This document shows positions 40,605 through 55,144 of a stretch of 64,000 bases of DNA, one piece after another; position 1 is the stretch's first letter, and each line of letters begins with the position of its first letter. Source of the DNA: Octopus sinensis (Eukaryota); the NCBI RefSeq assembly GCF_006345805.1, contig NC_043006.1:12710001-12774000 (forward strand), written 5' to 3'. The translations under genes were made by a program, and so were the position numbers. Below the pieces are notes generated by a model. That model worked only from the letters and a program-made list of their open reading frames with translations. It ran no database searches and was not told where the DNA came from.

Positions 40605-40822
40605 TTCTTTATTGCCGACAGGGGGCTAAACATAGAGGGGACAAACAAAGACAGACAAAAGAATTAAGTCGATTAGATCGGTCCCAGGTACTTAATTTAT
40701 CGACCCCGAAAGGATGAAAGGCAAAGTCGACCTCGGCGGAATGTGAACTCAGACGTAACGGCAGACGAAATACCGCTAAGCATTTCGCCCGGCGTGCTAA
40801 CGTTTCTGCCAGCTCGTTGCCA
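40605..40822 (-). mobile_element. SINE family B copy with small internal deletion
   Basis: Reverse complement of family B. Confidence 0.85.
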
Positions 40823-41098
40823 TGGCCCCATTATATATCGAAGTAATTCGCGCAGCCGTTTTCGCATGAAAATACACATACATACATAGAGGTCTATTTT
40901 ATATATGTGTGTATGTGTGTGTGTACACACACACACACATATATATATATAAATATATATATAGAGAGAGATAGATAGATACATACATACATACATATAT
41001 ATACATATATGCATACATATACTATACATATATATACGAAAATACCCACACACACACACACACATATATGTATATAGTATATATATATATATATATAG

Positions 41099-41133
<35 letters not shown>

Positions 41134-41135
<2 letters not shown>

Positions 41136-41470
41136 AAGGCGCGTGGCTCAGTGGTTAGAGCGTCGAGCTTACGATCGTGAAGTTGTGAGCTCGAATCCCA
41201 GACCGGGCTGTGTGTTGCGTTCTTGAGCAAGACACTTTATTTCACGTTGCTCCAGTTATATATATATGTAGAAATGAGTTGCGACGTCACAGGTGCCAAG
41301 CTGTATCGGCCCTCGCCTTTCCCTTGGACAACATCGGTGACGTGGAGAGGGGAGGCCGGTATGCATGGGCGACTGCTGGTCTTCCATAAAACAACCTTGC
41401 CCAGACTTGTGCCTCAGAGGGTAACTCTCTAGGTGCAAACCCATGGTCAGTGTCTGACCGAAGGGGGTCA
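41134..41470 (+). mobile_element. tRNA-derived CORE-type SINE (C-related head, different body)
   Basis: gcgtggctcagtggttagagcgtcg head with the CORE-like tcttgagcaagacactttatttcacgttgctccag. Confidence 0.8.
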
Positions 41471-41687
41471 TCTTATATGTTTAAACAACAGATGGATACT
41501 GTGTGAGTTGACTACAGCTGTTTCCAATGAATTTTTGATTGATTAATAAATACATCAAGCACAACATCTCAAAGCATTCAAAAGCCATCGGAATGTGCAC
41601 CTTCATAATTCTATGAGCCTCACTGACACAGCTGTATTTATATAGTCACTTATTTATCATTTCCCTCTCTCATAACTTGCTTCTTAC

Positions 41688-41784
41688 GTAGATCTGAACT
41701 GTACATTTACGAAAATATCCGTTCCTTGATTAACCTCAGGGCTATTGTCATACTCAGTCGGGTACAGATAAACGTGTATATAAC
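41688..41784 (-). CDS. Putative internal coding exon (97 nt, phase 1 to 2) of an unidentified spliced gene: (G)YIHVYLYPTEYDNSPEVNQGTDIFVNVQFRS(T)
   Basis: On the minus strand the acceptor is gcagaaatattttcag|G and the donor is C|gtaagaag. Only one of three frames is open, the composition is protein-like and the sequence is non-repetitive. No family recognised. Confidence 0.65.
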
Positions 41785-41855
41785 CTGAAAATATTTCTGC
41801 TTTACTTTGGTACCCGCATGTTTACCTTTATTTATGTTTACCTTTATATATATAT

Positions 41856-41915
<60 letters not shown>

Positions 41916-41964
41916 TCTATATATATATATATATGTGTGTGTGGTGTGTGTGTGTGTGTGTGTG

Positions 41965-42266
41965 TGGAGGCACAATGGCCTAGTGGTTAGGGCAGCGGAC
42001 TCGCGGTCACAGGATCGCGGTTTCGATTCCAGACCGGGCGTTGTGAGTGTTATTGAGCGAAAACACCTAAAAGCTCCACGAGGCTCCGGCAGGGGGTGGT
42101 GATCCCTGCTGTACTCTTTCACTACTCTTTCTCCCAATCTTTCTTCTGTTGGCCTGCTCGCTTACCCAGCGGGGTGGCGTCATTCGAAAGCTAAAACAAT
42201 ACGAACGCATTGTGACCAGCGATGTGTAACAACATCTGATGGTCTGGTCGGTCACGTGATCACGTG
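41965..42266 (+). mobile_element. SINE family C subfamily copy
   Basis: Same head as 11473 and same tail as 21703. Confidence 0.85.
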
Positions 42267-42666
42267 AGATATATATATATAATATATATATATATATACG
42301 CACATGCATAAATGTACACACATCAGCATATGCATATATATATGAACATATAAACACGAAGAATTTGTGTGAAAATAAATCGATAAGGCAAACAAATGCG
42401 TGTGAAGATCAACGATAGAGCTGGACTATGAATCTTATTTTATTTGCATTAATTTAGTTAGCACATCATTATTTTTTAGAGTAAGCAGTGCTTATTTGCC
42501 TCATAGGAATTCACACCATATTGTGTGTGCGTGAGCGGCTATGTGTGTGTGTGTGTTTGTGTGTACAAATATATATCTATTTAGCTGAACCTCTCCCCAC
42601 ATATATAGTTTGTGTATGTTTGTGAAGTATACATAGATACATACATACATATATATAATGTATATG

Positions 42667-42717
<51 letters not shown>

Positions 42718-42810
42718 ATATATATGTATTGTATATGTATATATATATATATAATAATATGTTATATATATATATACATTATATATATGTATATATATAT
42801 ATATTATATA

Positions 42811-42864
<54 letters not shown>

Positions 42865-42916
42865 GTATATATATATTATATATATATATATACATATATT
42901 ATATATATGTATATAT

Positions 42917-42950
<34 letters not shown>

Positions 42951-43249
42951 CATGTCTGTATGTATACATATAATAACCCCACATATCATGCGACTGCGTA
43001 CATGTGCATGTATGTTGATAGTTATACGCATATGATAGAAAATTATTGCTCATAATTTATTCGTATAAGTATATTCGATTGATTGCCTGGCGATATTACG
43101 TCTTCGCACCTGTATATTTGAAGATGAATTTTTTTTCCTTTCCTCTCTTTCCCACGTCGCACCTCACCCGATCCATCCCACGCACACACAATTCGCCATG
43201 ATATTTTAGGTAATTAACTTTCGCACTTATATTGCAACAGATTCAAGCA

Positions 43250-43385
43250 GAAAACACCAACAACGACGGCAACACAAAAAAAAATAACAAAAGCAACAAG
43301 AACAACAACAGCAACAACAACAACTACTACTACTGAAAAATAATAATAATAATGATGATGATAATAATAAAAATAAAAAAAATAA

Positions 43386-43426
<41 letters not shown>

Positions 43427-43461
43427 TAATAATAATAATAATAATGATAATAATAATAATG

Positions 43462-43493
<32 letters not shown>

Positions 43494-43510
43494 GATGATA
43501 ATAATAAAAC

Positions 43511-43543
<33 letters not shown>

Positions 43544-43560
43544 TAATAATAATAATAGAC
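43250..43560. repeat. (AAC)/(AAT)/(GAT) trinucleotide tract
   Basis: Direct inspection. Confidence 0.9.
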
Positions 43561-44497
43561 ACAAATTGTATATTTACGGCATCGTAAAATCAAGAATCGT
43601 GCCATTTCACTAGATTTTCTATAAAGAGTCATTGAATCTTCTTCTCCATTCCTTTTTACCCAGAACGGTTGCTTACACAGAATAAAGAAAGTGTGTGATT
43701 GATTAGCAAAATCTGATTGGTAGACGCACAGACGTTTCGTTTATTTCATTATTTCATTTGTGTGTCTTACTCTCTTTTCTTTAAATCGATTACCGATATA
43801 ACAAGAAGGACTGGTTTTAGTTGACGAACACTTTTTTTACGCATATTTTTTTTTCTCTCATACGATTTTTTTTTTTATTTTACCTAAATATCTAACAGGC
43901 GCCTGTTACCAGGAAAAAAAAAAAGCCTCTCAGGTATAAACTTGTTAAAATCTTTGAATGATTATATAGGTCAAGTCACCAGACATACTTATCTGAAGAC
44001 ATAAACGCTAGTAAACTTCCAGCGAACACTATTCACGTACGTCTTCTGTACGTGCGCACAGAAGTAAAATCAGTAACGTTATTTTATACATATCTCTGAT
44101 GTTTTAACCTCGTAAAAAGTATGCATACAACACGGGCTATAAATGCACTAATATATATACACATACAAACATGCATACATACATACATGCATACATACAT
44201 ACACATAAGCACACACACAGATGGATAGATAGAGAGATGGATGATAAATACTTATGTATACGGCGGGCTTTTACCTAGTTTCTGTCTACCAAATTCACTC
44301 ATAATATATTTGTCAACTGGGGTCTATACAAGGGGACATTTGCCCTAGATCTAAGCTGGTTTACTGTGGTACTGAACCAAAAACAATAGTAGTTGCTTAA
44401 CGAATATCATATTGAATATAGCTGTGTGAGTGGGTATGCATGTATATATATATATATATATATATACACGCACACACACATATATGTATGTGTATAA

Positions 44498-44561
<64 letters not shown>

Positions 44562-44978
44562 TATGTATATTATGTTATTTTATATTATATTATATAAAGG
44601 TAAATCGATAAAGAATGACGCATTCAAAAGCAAACATCGCAACAGTCTAAGGGACGTTAACGGTGAATATTATTAGCTTTACGCTCGAAGAAAGTTTTAC
44701 AAAGATACTTAAAATATTTTTTTAAAATCTAACGTTCTGCGCAGAGCCCTTCATGGAAGAGTAGAGCGGAGAAAAGAGGAAGGTGGAGGAGATTAACTTA
44801 TGAGTCAGGAGAAAAGCACGTGGGTAGCTACGTGATCGAAAATAACTAATCGGAAGTTGGAGAGAGAATAATGTGCTTTTTGTAGGCAGAAGAGTGCATA
44901 AGTTTGTGTGTTGGTGTGTCTGTGTGCGTAGGTGGTTTGCTGTGCGTGTCTGTGTGTTAAGTGTGCGTCTGTGAATAT

Positions 44979-45032
<54 letters not shown>

Positions 45033-45049
45033 GCATATATATATATATT

Positions 45050-45454
45050 CTCTCTTTACTCTTTTACTTGTTTCAGTCATTTGACTGCGGCCATGCTGGA
45101 GCACCGCCTTTAATCGAGCAACTCGACCCCGGGACTTATTCTTTTGTAAGACCAGTACTTATTCTATCGGTATCTTTTGCCGAACCGTTTAGTAACGGGG
45201 ACATAAACACACCAGCATCGGTTGTCAAGCAATGCTATGGGGACAAACACAGACACACAAACACACACACGCATATATATATATATATACATATATACGA
45301 CGAGCTTCTTTCAGCTTCCGTCTACCAAATCCACTCACAAGGCTTTGGCCGGCCCGAGGCTATAGTAGAAGACACCTGCCCAAGGTGCCACGCAGTGCGA
45401 CTGAACCCGGAACGATGTGATTGGTAAACAAGCTACTTACAACACAGCCACTCC
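45050..45454 (-). mobile_element. SINE family A copy
   Basis: Reverse complement of 2282-2690. Confidence 0.85.
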
Positions 45455-45855
45455 ATATATATATATGTATATATTTGCATATAAAGAAAGGAGAAAAGAG
45501 AAAGAGAGAAACAGACAAAGAAAGAAATACAGGTATATCATACTCTTGAAGCATTACAATTAGGAGCGATCTGTATGAGAGGATGGCCATAAGATTGCTT
45601 GTATGTACGAGTTATTGAGATGTGACATTTGTGTATGTGTATTTTTGTCAGTATGCGAGTATTTCGTGCATACATACACACGCACATGCAGAAGCATACA
45701 TATATATACATGCATACATACTTTATGCATACACACATATATACATTTATATATATACACACACACACATACATACAAATGAATATACATATATGTGTAT
45801 GTGTGTGTGTGTGTGTATACATACGAATATGCATGTATACATTCATACATTTATA

Positions 45856-45904
45856 AATAGACAGACAGACAGACAGACAGACAGATAGATAGATAGATAG
45901 ATAT

Positions 45905-45985
<81 letters not shown>

Positions 45986-46014
45986 CAGACAGCGACACAG
46001 ACAGACAGACAAAC

Positions 46015-46093
<79 letters not shown>

Positions 46094-46110
46094 AGATAGA
46101 TAGATAGATA
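45856..46110. repeat. (GATA)n/(GACA)n tetranucleotide tract
   Basis: Direct inspection; a shorter (GATA)n lies at 36679-36728. Confidence 0.95.
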
Positions 46111-46944
46111 CCTCTCGTTGAATTTATCTCTTATGCGTTTCAATGAGTAGGAGGTTGTGTTACATCTTTCAAATTGATATTTGTTGAATCGGACTTTTTC
46201 TGAACAGCTCAATTAATGGACCGAAAACACGACATGGGTAATGGAGATAAACAGAACATAATGCACAAAGTATTATGCAGTGGAACCGAACCACAGTACG
46301 TAAATGGCATTTTATTTTATCGATCTCGATTGGATGTAGGGCAAGCTGAATTTAACAGTGTTTAATCTCAAATCTTTCGGAGCCAGTAGAAATACTACTA
46401 TATATTTTGTCCGAATCGCTAACGATTCTGCTTTCTCCACACCTTGGGTAATATAAAATAGCGAAATATATGACAAACATACAAACCAGTAAGCAAGCAC
46501 ACGCGTGTATACACATATACGTACGGCGACACACACATACGCACGCACAGCCCAATCCCCGGAGACAATTATCCACCTTGCACTGATGCCTAATGTAACT
46601 GGATTATTACTTTCGATGAATTTAGAATGCCGTAACTGTTAGATGCACATGCATTTCGATTTTTCTATTTTCCCTCTCCGTTCTTTTCTCTCTGGTCTTT
46701 TTTTCTGAACGAAGAGCGAAAACTCGAAACGTAAAAGGCATTTCCTTCTTGTTTTTCCTTTTTCCTGTGCGTCAAACTAAAACACAGAGTTTGATCCTTA
46801 CCTTGTGTTCGTGATGTATACTTTGCAGCCCTCTCTCTCACACACACATTCATATATATATATTATATATATATGTATGTATATATGCAAAGTATACATC
46901 ACAAACAGAAGGTAAAGATCAAACTCTATGTGTCCCTTTCAGTA

Positions 46945-47048
46945 GAAGATCGTAGACTCGAAACGTAAAATACTTTCTTTAATCCCTGAGCGTTATACTA
47001 ATACATCTGTTTTTTTTTTCGTGAACTCTCCCTATATAGATATATATA

Positions 47049-47104
<56 letters not shown>

Positions 47105-47134
47105 GGGAGAGTTCATATATATATATATGAGAGT

Positions 47135-47169
<35 letters not shown>

Positions 47170-47632
47170 TATATATACTAACAGAAGCACATTAGTTGTA
47201 TTTCAAATATTTATATCATTATTATTAGTCAACTATATCAACAAGAGCGTAGGCTCGAAACATAAAAGACTTTTTCAATTCCTGAGCGTTATACTAAGTC
47301 ATATGTTTGTTTTTTTCGTGAACTCTCCCTATACATATATATATATATATTATATATATAATATATATATATTATACATATATATATATATATAGGGAGA
47401 GTTCATATATATATATATGAGAGTTCATATTTATATATATATATATATATATTATATATTATATATACAAAACAGAAGCACATTAGTTGTATTTCAAATA
47501 TTTATATCATTATTATTAGTCAACTATATCACAAGAGCGTAGGCTCGAAAAAATAAAAAAGACTTTTTCAATTCCTGAGCGTTCTGATATACTAAGTCAT
47601 ATGTTTGTTTTTTTCGTGAACTCTCCATATAC

Positions 47633-47685
<53 letters not shown>

Positions 47686-47765
47686 ATATATATACTAAAA
47701 CAGAAGCACATTAGTTGTATTTCAAATATTTATATCATTATTATTAGTCAACTATATCAACAAGT
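46945..47765. repeat. Tandem triplication of an about 290-bp composite unit
   Basis: The unit start (a)agagcgtaggctcgaaa and the block cagaagcacattagttgtatttcaaatatttatatc each occur three times. Confidence 0.85.
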
Positions 47766-47977
47766 TACCAATTAACTAATCGACAGCTTGAATGAGCGTT
47801 CGATAAATCAATGAATCAGCTGCTTTGTCGGAATCCTTTCTTCTCCGTTCGCATCCTCATCAATGATTTAAACTAATTGTTCCAAGTCTGTCACGTCGCT
47901 TCGAAATTATTATTTTTTTTTTTTTACTGTGTGAGTGTGAGTGAGTGAGTGAGTCGGCCAGTCAATCAATCAGGGAT

Positions 47978-48009
<32 letters not shown>

Positions 48010-48439
48010 TACGTGAATACACAGTAAAATAGGAGCTAACATATTTTTAACTGAAATCACACCTGAACAATATCATTCAAGGGAGAGAAACACGTAAACG
48101 AATCGAAGCCATTCATAGAGTATTTCTAACAACATTGAGGATGCCTCCTAATAAAAGCCCCATGAGTCTATGATCTGCCGATAAAATCATAAATACATTA
48201 AGGTATGCATCGTTTTATAATTGAATCGATTCCTTCTGCTGTATAATGCATGATGTTAGTGTTTATTTGTAAAATACCTTTGATCTCATAGTATGATACA
48301 GATGTATTCTTTTAGTTGTTAACGTTGTCATTGTTTAACCTGATCTAATCGAACCAACCAGAGTTCAAATGAGTTCAAAATCTAATTATCCCATTATTGT
48401 TTAATGTAGAATAATACGTCGAGTAATAATTTACCTTGG

Positions 48440-48646
48440 CTACATATGCCTGTTTCTTTTTCGTCAGCCGTTACGTTCTGGGTTCAAATTCCGCCGAGGT
48501 CAAGTTTGCCTTTCATCCTTTCGGGGTCGAAAAATTAAGTACCAGTTACGCACTGGGGTCGATGTAATCGACTTAATACGTTTGTCTGTCCTTGTTTGTC
48601 CTTTCTGTGTTTAGTCCCTTGTGGGCAATAAAGAAATAGGTATTTC
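48440..48646 (+). mobile_element. SINE family B copy lacking head
   Basis: ccgttacgttctgggttcaaattccgccgagg through aaagaaataggtattt. Confidence 0.85.
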
Positions 48647-50015
48647 ATTATATGTGTACTGGTTCCAGTTATAGGACTATGGCCATGCTGGGGCATTGCC
48701 CGTAACGGTTTTTCTGTAATTTGTCGAAATTCCTCATAACGACTATTGTGTTTATTGTATCGAAATATATTTATCGAAATATTCCTTTACATATTTGTAA
48801 TAAAAGGGCTTAGTCAAATTCATAGGTATAGACAGACTCACATACATACAAACACACATACATACAAACACACATACATACAAACTCACATACATACACG
48901 TACACAAGTGTGTGTATGTCTGTTTCCATGCTTTTGATTCCACAAAGATTATGTTGACCAAATGTGAAACTTTCGTCAACTCGATGGTATTGTAAGAAAC
49001 CACTTGACCAAGACACTACGCATTGGCATCGAATTAAGTATCATTCATTTGCGAAGTCAACTTCTTAAACTCATAGCTTTGAATAGCATGGTGTGATTTT
49101 AGGAGATATAGCTACTATTTCTAGTATACAGCGAACGTCTTTTTGCGATCGTTTTATCCAAGCTTCATTTTAATGTCTCTACTATATCGATTATTTTTCT
49201 ATACTTTCTCCCTGGTTATATAAATATCTTTTTTTTTTTCTTTTGCGCCCTTTTCAAGCCTAGCTAGGCTCATAGGCACGGTTTCACGGTTTCTATGGCG
49301 TATGTGCCCCGTACCCATCTGCACAGAAATATGAGAATTATGTAAGCCGAAAAGTTGTTATTCGCCCTGCAAAAAACTAGCAGGAGAATCTTACTCAAAT
49401 CGCAAAATGTCTTAAAATTATAAGATATACATTGGGTAATCTAAACCTAGTCAAATTGCTGATGCAAATACGTAGTGGATTATCTTTCATCATCCGATGA
49501 ATATATAGATATCCCATAGGGTTAATCATTGGTTTCAGCATTTGAAATGGCAGAGCTGCACAAATATTGGAGAGGTGAAGGGATAAAGGAAACTGAAAAT
49601 GACATTAGTGTGATTGCAATTAGCAACGCTGTGATAGAACAAGACCATACACATATTAGATTCATTTAGTTTTAATTCATCCGTTCATTCTGCAACAAAT
49701 GTTGGTTCCAATAATTAAGCTATGGCCACACTGGGGCAGCGGTCATGAGTTTTGTCGGCCATATTTACCATTGTACTAATTTTACACGTTAGCATTGATT
49801 TTTATTAATATCTTTGTTTGACCGTACACAAAACAATACATAAAATGCAAACAGAGGTCCGAACACAAACATGCATCAACACTTGCATCTGCATATATGT
49901 TTAACCGTCATCTCTTCTCTATATCGATCTCTCTATTGACCGATCGATCAATCGATCCTGTCAATTTTCCTCTCTCCCTCTCCCACTTTCTGTCACCCTA
50001 AATATATGTGTGTAT

Positions 50016-50065
<50 letters not shown>

Positions 50066-50125
50066 TATATATATGTACACATGTATATATATGTGTGTTT
50101 GTATATACATGCATGCATATGTACG

Positions 50126-50161
<36 letters not shown>

Positions 50162-50425
50162 AACATATATACATATATACATATGTACGTACATATGTAT
50201 ATATATATCTATGTATGCAACCAAGCCCTATTTAGGTTAAACTTGCTGGCCACTTTATTATTATTGTTATTTTAATGCTAATATATATGTTTGTGTATGT
50301 ATATACATATATAAATATACATATATACACATATATATATACACATATATACACATATGTATACATATATATATTTGTGTATATATATATACATATATAT
50401 ATGTATATATATATCTATATATTTG

Positions 50426-50461
<36 letters not shown>

Positions 50462-51009
50462 ATATTATATATATATACATACATACTTGGTACGTGTGTG
50501 TTGTCAGCATAAGGCCTGAAGGCTTCAAGTGCTACTTTTTTTTACAATGAAACAAATCTTTATATGAAACACGTAATGTGTTCTTTGAGGAAGACGTGCT
50601 TAGGTTTTCTAACAGCTTGATCGACCATGTAGAAGTTCCTTATAATTTTATTTCGAAATTCAGACAAACTACTTTGAAAAAATTGAACAAAATAATACAA
50701 AATAGCACATTATTTTTATGACAGAAACATAGAAACCCTCTTAACTTACCGCAGTATACTCTCTTTTACCTGCAGCTTTCCATAAAAGTTTCTAAGCAAT
50801 TAATATATTAACTGATGCAGTAACGCATACATACTAATCAGCGCTCATTTTCTATACAATATATCATTTTACAACCAATGACTCGATAGGAAAATTTATT
50901 AATTATGTTTTTAACGATTTAGAGTAAGTAGACATATTATGTAACCATTGATGGACATAATTGGGCATTCATATTAATAACAGGCAAGAATTTGTATTAC
51001 AAATACGAG

Positions 51010-51046
<37 letters not shown>

Positions 51047-51090
51047 TATATATTTATATATAAATAAACACATATATTTACATATATGTA

Positions 51091-51137
<47 letters not shown>

Positions 51138-51268
51138 ATATATGTTATATATATATATATTTATATATTTATATATATAAACACATATATATACATATAT
51201 ATATATGTATATATATATATATTTACATATTTATATATATATACGTATATACATACATATATGTATAC

Positions 51269-51300
<32 letters not shown>

Positions 51301-51308
51301 GTATATTT

Positions 51309-51344
<36 letters not shown>

Positions 51345-51375
51345 TATATACGTATATTTACATATATATATATAC

Positions 51376-51406
<31 letters not shown>

Positions 51407-52491
51407 TATATGTATATATATATATATACGTATATATACATATATACATATATATATACATATATGTATACGTATATATATATACATATATACATATATC
51501 TATACACTTACATACATGAACATATATATATACACACACATATATTTGTGTGCAGGTGTGTGCGTGTGTATGTGCGTGTGTATATGCGTGTGTGTGTGTG
51601 TGTGTGTGTGTACTGATGTTTGTGTCTCTTCAGCATTCCCATTGTGTTATCTTGCTATTTCGTATATTACAACAACCAGTTTATGAGAACAGAATCTCAG
51701 CAATATTGTCAATAATGAAATAATATATATTATTAAAAAAATAATAATACAATATTCCACACGAAATAGTGAAGAAAATAATATAAATACAGTATAAAAA
51801 AACATAAAACCTGTTTTTTTTCTTTCCTTTCTTTTCTGAAAGTAGCCAAATATTTATGAAAATAGATTTAAAAGCCTCGATAAAGCAATGGAGTCTGGAG
51901 CTATTATACGTAGGAGAGACAAGAAGTAAATGAAAATGCTAAACGACTTACTAATAGCTGTTGCATCTAGGTGCAAACAAACAACCAAATAAACAGATAT
52001 ATGAATAATAAAATATAATAAAACACACCATTATGAAGAGAATATATCGTTATTTGATGTAAATGAAAACAAAAGGAGAGAGAGAGAGAGAAAGAGAAAG
52101 AGAAACAGTGAGAGAGAGAGAGAGAAATGGAGAGCGCAGGAGAGGGGGAATAAAAGGAGAGGAAAATCAATCTTCTTTACCGTGTATATACATACATTGT
52201 GAAATCTTTATCAAAATGTTTTGCTAAGTCATTTGTATACGCATACAACAGCTGAGTCTTTCGCACATGCTTGCTGAGGGGAACATACATGCAGACGAAG
52301 AGAAGCGCGCAGAGAATCATACGTGTGCTCGCTTTCGTAGAAGCACAAACAGAAGCTGAAATAAATGCAAATATATTGGTCCATCTGCATAAATACACTC
52401 ACGAAAACACGCGAATATACACTCACAAGCAGAAACACGTACAGAACCACAACCATGCAAATACAATCAAGTAATCACATTGAGACACATA

Positions 52492-52875
52492 TCTCTCTCT
52501 ATATAAACGGCAGTTTGTCTGTGCGTGTTTCTGTGTGTCTGTTTTCTCGTACCCTCACTCTGACCACGGCTTTCAACCGATTCTGATGAAACTTGACACA
52601 CACATAGCCCAATGTCATAATTCAAGACTAACGCAGCGAAAATTTTGAAAAGTTCCCCAGTTCTGAAAAAAATCGATAAATTCGACATGGGGTCGAGAAT
52701 CAGAAACCCAAACCACAGACCGTCTAGGGGACGCAACTCCACCTTTTTTAACTCTCAAAAAAAATTTACCATCATTTTTTTTCCATTTTTTTGCTATTTT
52801 TTGGCTATAACTCTCTAAAAATGCTTTATAGTTATTTCCCTTACAAACCTGAGCAACGCCGGGCGATACTGCTAG
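52492..52875 (+). mobile_element. Complete non-autonomous Helitron (384 bp)
   Basis: 5' TC, subterminal hairpin CCTGAGCAACGCCGGG (52848-52863) and 3' CTAG. It is inserted between A52491 and T52876 with no TSD. Confidence 0.85.
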
Positions 52876-53370
52876 TATACACATAAAAAAATCATGTATT
52901 CACACACATATATACACATATAAAAAATCATGTATTCACACACATATATACACATATAAAAATCATGTATTCACACACATATATACACATATAAAAATCA
53001 TGTATTCACACACATATATACACATATAAAAATCATGTATTCACACACATATATACACATATAAAAATCATGTATTCACACACATATATACACATATAAA
53101 AATCATGTATTCACACACATATATACACATATAAAAATCATGTATTCACACACATATATACACATATAAAAATCATGTATTCACACACATATATACACAT
53201 ATAAAAAATCATGTATTCACACACATATATACACATATAAAAATCATGTATTCACACACATATATACACATATAAAAATCATGTATTCACACACATATAT
53301 ACACATATAAAAAATCATGTATTCACACACATATATACACATATAAAAAATCATGTATTCACACACATAA
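52876..53370. repeat. Minisatellite, 35-36-bp unit, about 14 copies
   Basis: tatacacatataaaaa(a)tcatgtattcacacaca is repeated; units differ mainly in A-run length. Confidence 0.9.
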
Positions 53371-53826
53371 GCATACATGTACACATGCGTAAAGACACAA
53401 ATAAATGCACAATCTCAAATAGAGACACAAATGCATAGTAATCACATATAGACACACATATATACACATATAAAAAACATGTATTCACACATATACGCAT
53501 ATATGTACACATGCGTAAAAACGAAAATAAATGCACAATCTTAAATAGATACACAAATGCATAGTAAAACACACCTAACCTATCGTTCAGACATAAGCAT
53601 ACAAACACACCCCACCTAAAAGCAAATACGAACACACATAGAAATACATTGTCATGCACAGAGACGTACATGTGCAAATATATGCTAGTATCCTGACGCT
53701 ATCACGCAAAGGTGCATTATCATACACATGCAAAGGAGCGAAAAAAACGTAGTCCAAGACACGCAGCACACACATATAAGATATGAAGACATACATCAGC
53801 ATCAATAAACAAACCCACAAGTGCAA

Positions 53827-54001
53827 GGCGTAGGAGTGGCTGTGTGGTTAGTAGCTTGATTACGAACCACATGGTTCCGTCTCCTGTCCCACTGCGTGAC
53901 ACCTTGGGCAAGTGTTTTCTACTATAGCCTCGGGACGACCAAAGCCTTGTGAGTGGATTTGGTAGACGGAAACTGAAAGAAACCCGTCGTATATATGTAT
54001 G

Positions 54002-54065
<64 letters not shown>

Positions 54066-54279
54066 TGTGTGTATATGTTTCTGTGTCTGTTTGTCCCCCC
54101 AAACATCCTTTGATAACCGATGCTGCTGTGTTTACCTCCCCGTAACTTAGCGGTTCGGCAAAAAGGGACCGATAGAATAATTACTGGCTTACAAAGAATA
54201 AGTCCTGGGGTTGATTTGCTCGATTAAAAAGGCGTTGCTCCAGCATGGTCACAGTCAAATGACTGAAGCAAGTAAAAGA
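53827..54279 (+). mobile_element. SINE family A copy
   Basis: Full-length match to 2282-2690 with a longer internal (TA)n tract. Confidence 0.85.
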
Positions 54280-54842
54280 AATGCACACCTTCCATGCATA
54301 TATACAAACAAAGAAACAATTACTGGGAACGAGACGAGAAAGAGAAAAGGACTGAGAAGCGGAGAGAACAAAGAAGTAGTTATCCAGCGTCAGCGAAAGA
54401 GAGAGGAAGGAGTAAGGGGAGAATGCGAAAAAGAGAGTGCAACGAAAGAGACACCCGCGCCCGTTACCACATGACCTGCTAGAAATACCAAGTCTTCCCA
54501 CATTACATTTTTTGCCTTACACATACATTCATTCATTTATCTGTCTCTGATATAAAGACTCTGAGATGGTCAGGGCTAGGATACGTTTGGTTGTAAATTT
54601 GATAAATGAAGCGTAAACTAGAGTTAAAGAGCGGCATCTGAACACGAAGTGGTGTAGTCAAGTGAGGAAAACTTCATAACAAGTTTAGACATGTGAATTT
54701 CTTTGCAATTGGATTTGTTATATGCAGATTTGAAGCTATTCAGTAGCAAAAAGATAGATTCTTTGTTTGGGTCAATAGAGTTCCATGGGTTTATGGGTTC
54801 ATATCTGCACTCAGTTAGGTGTAGGCATGGACATTCATATAA

Positions 54843-55144
54843 GGGTTGTTCCTTCTCGAGCCGTGCCTGGCTCATAAGGGCCGGTTTCCCGGTTTCCTTG
54901 GCGTATAGGTTCCCCACCTGGACGGGACGCCGGTCTGTGGCAGGTGAGCTGCAAGATGCAGGAGGAACGAGTGAGAGAAATTTGTTGCGAAAGAGTCAGC
55001 AGAAGTTCGCGATCACCTTCTGCCGGAGCCGCGTGGAGCTTAGGTGTTTCGCTCATAAACACACACATCGCCCGGTCTGAGATTCGAACCCGTGATCCCT
55101 CGACAGCGAATCTGCTGCTTTAGCCACTAGGCCATGTGCCTCTA
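54843..55144 (-). mobile_element. SINE family C-related copy
   Basis: Reverse-complement head at 55060-55144 and the shared gggccggtttcccggtttc tail. Confidence 0.8.

Noticed and set aside
50769-50790. 22-nt candidate upstream exon KLLWKAA(G), with alternatives at 59074-59114 and 46803-46821
   Set aside because: Acceptors are weak and several mutually exclusive candidates fit equally well, as expected by chance.
54624-55080. ORFs of 97 and 125 aa
   Set aside because: About half of each lies in a SINE and there is no recognisable domain.
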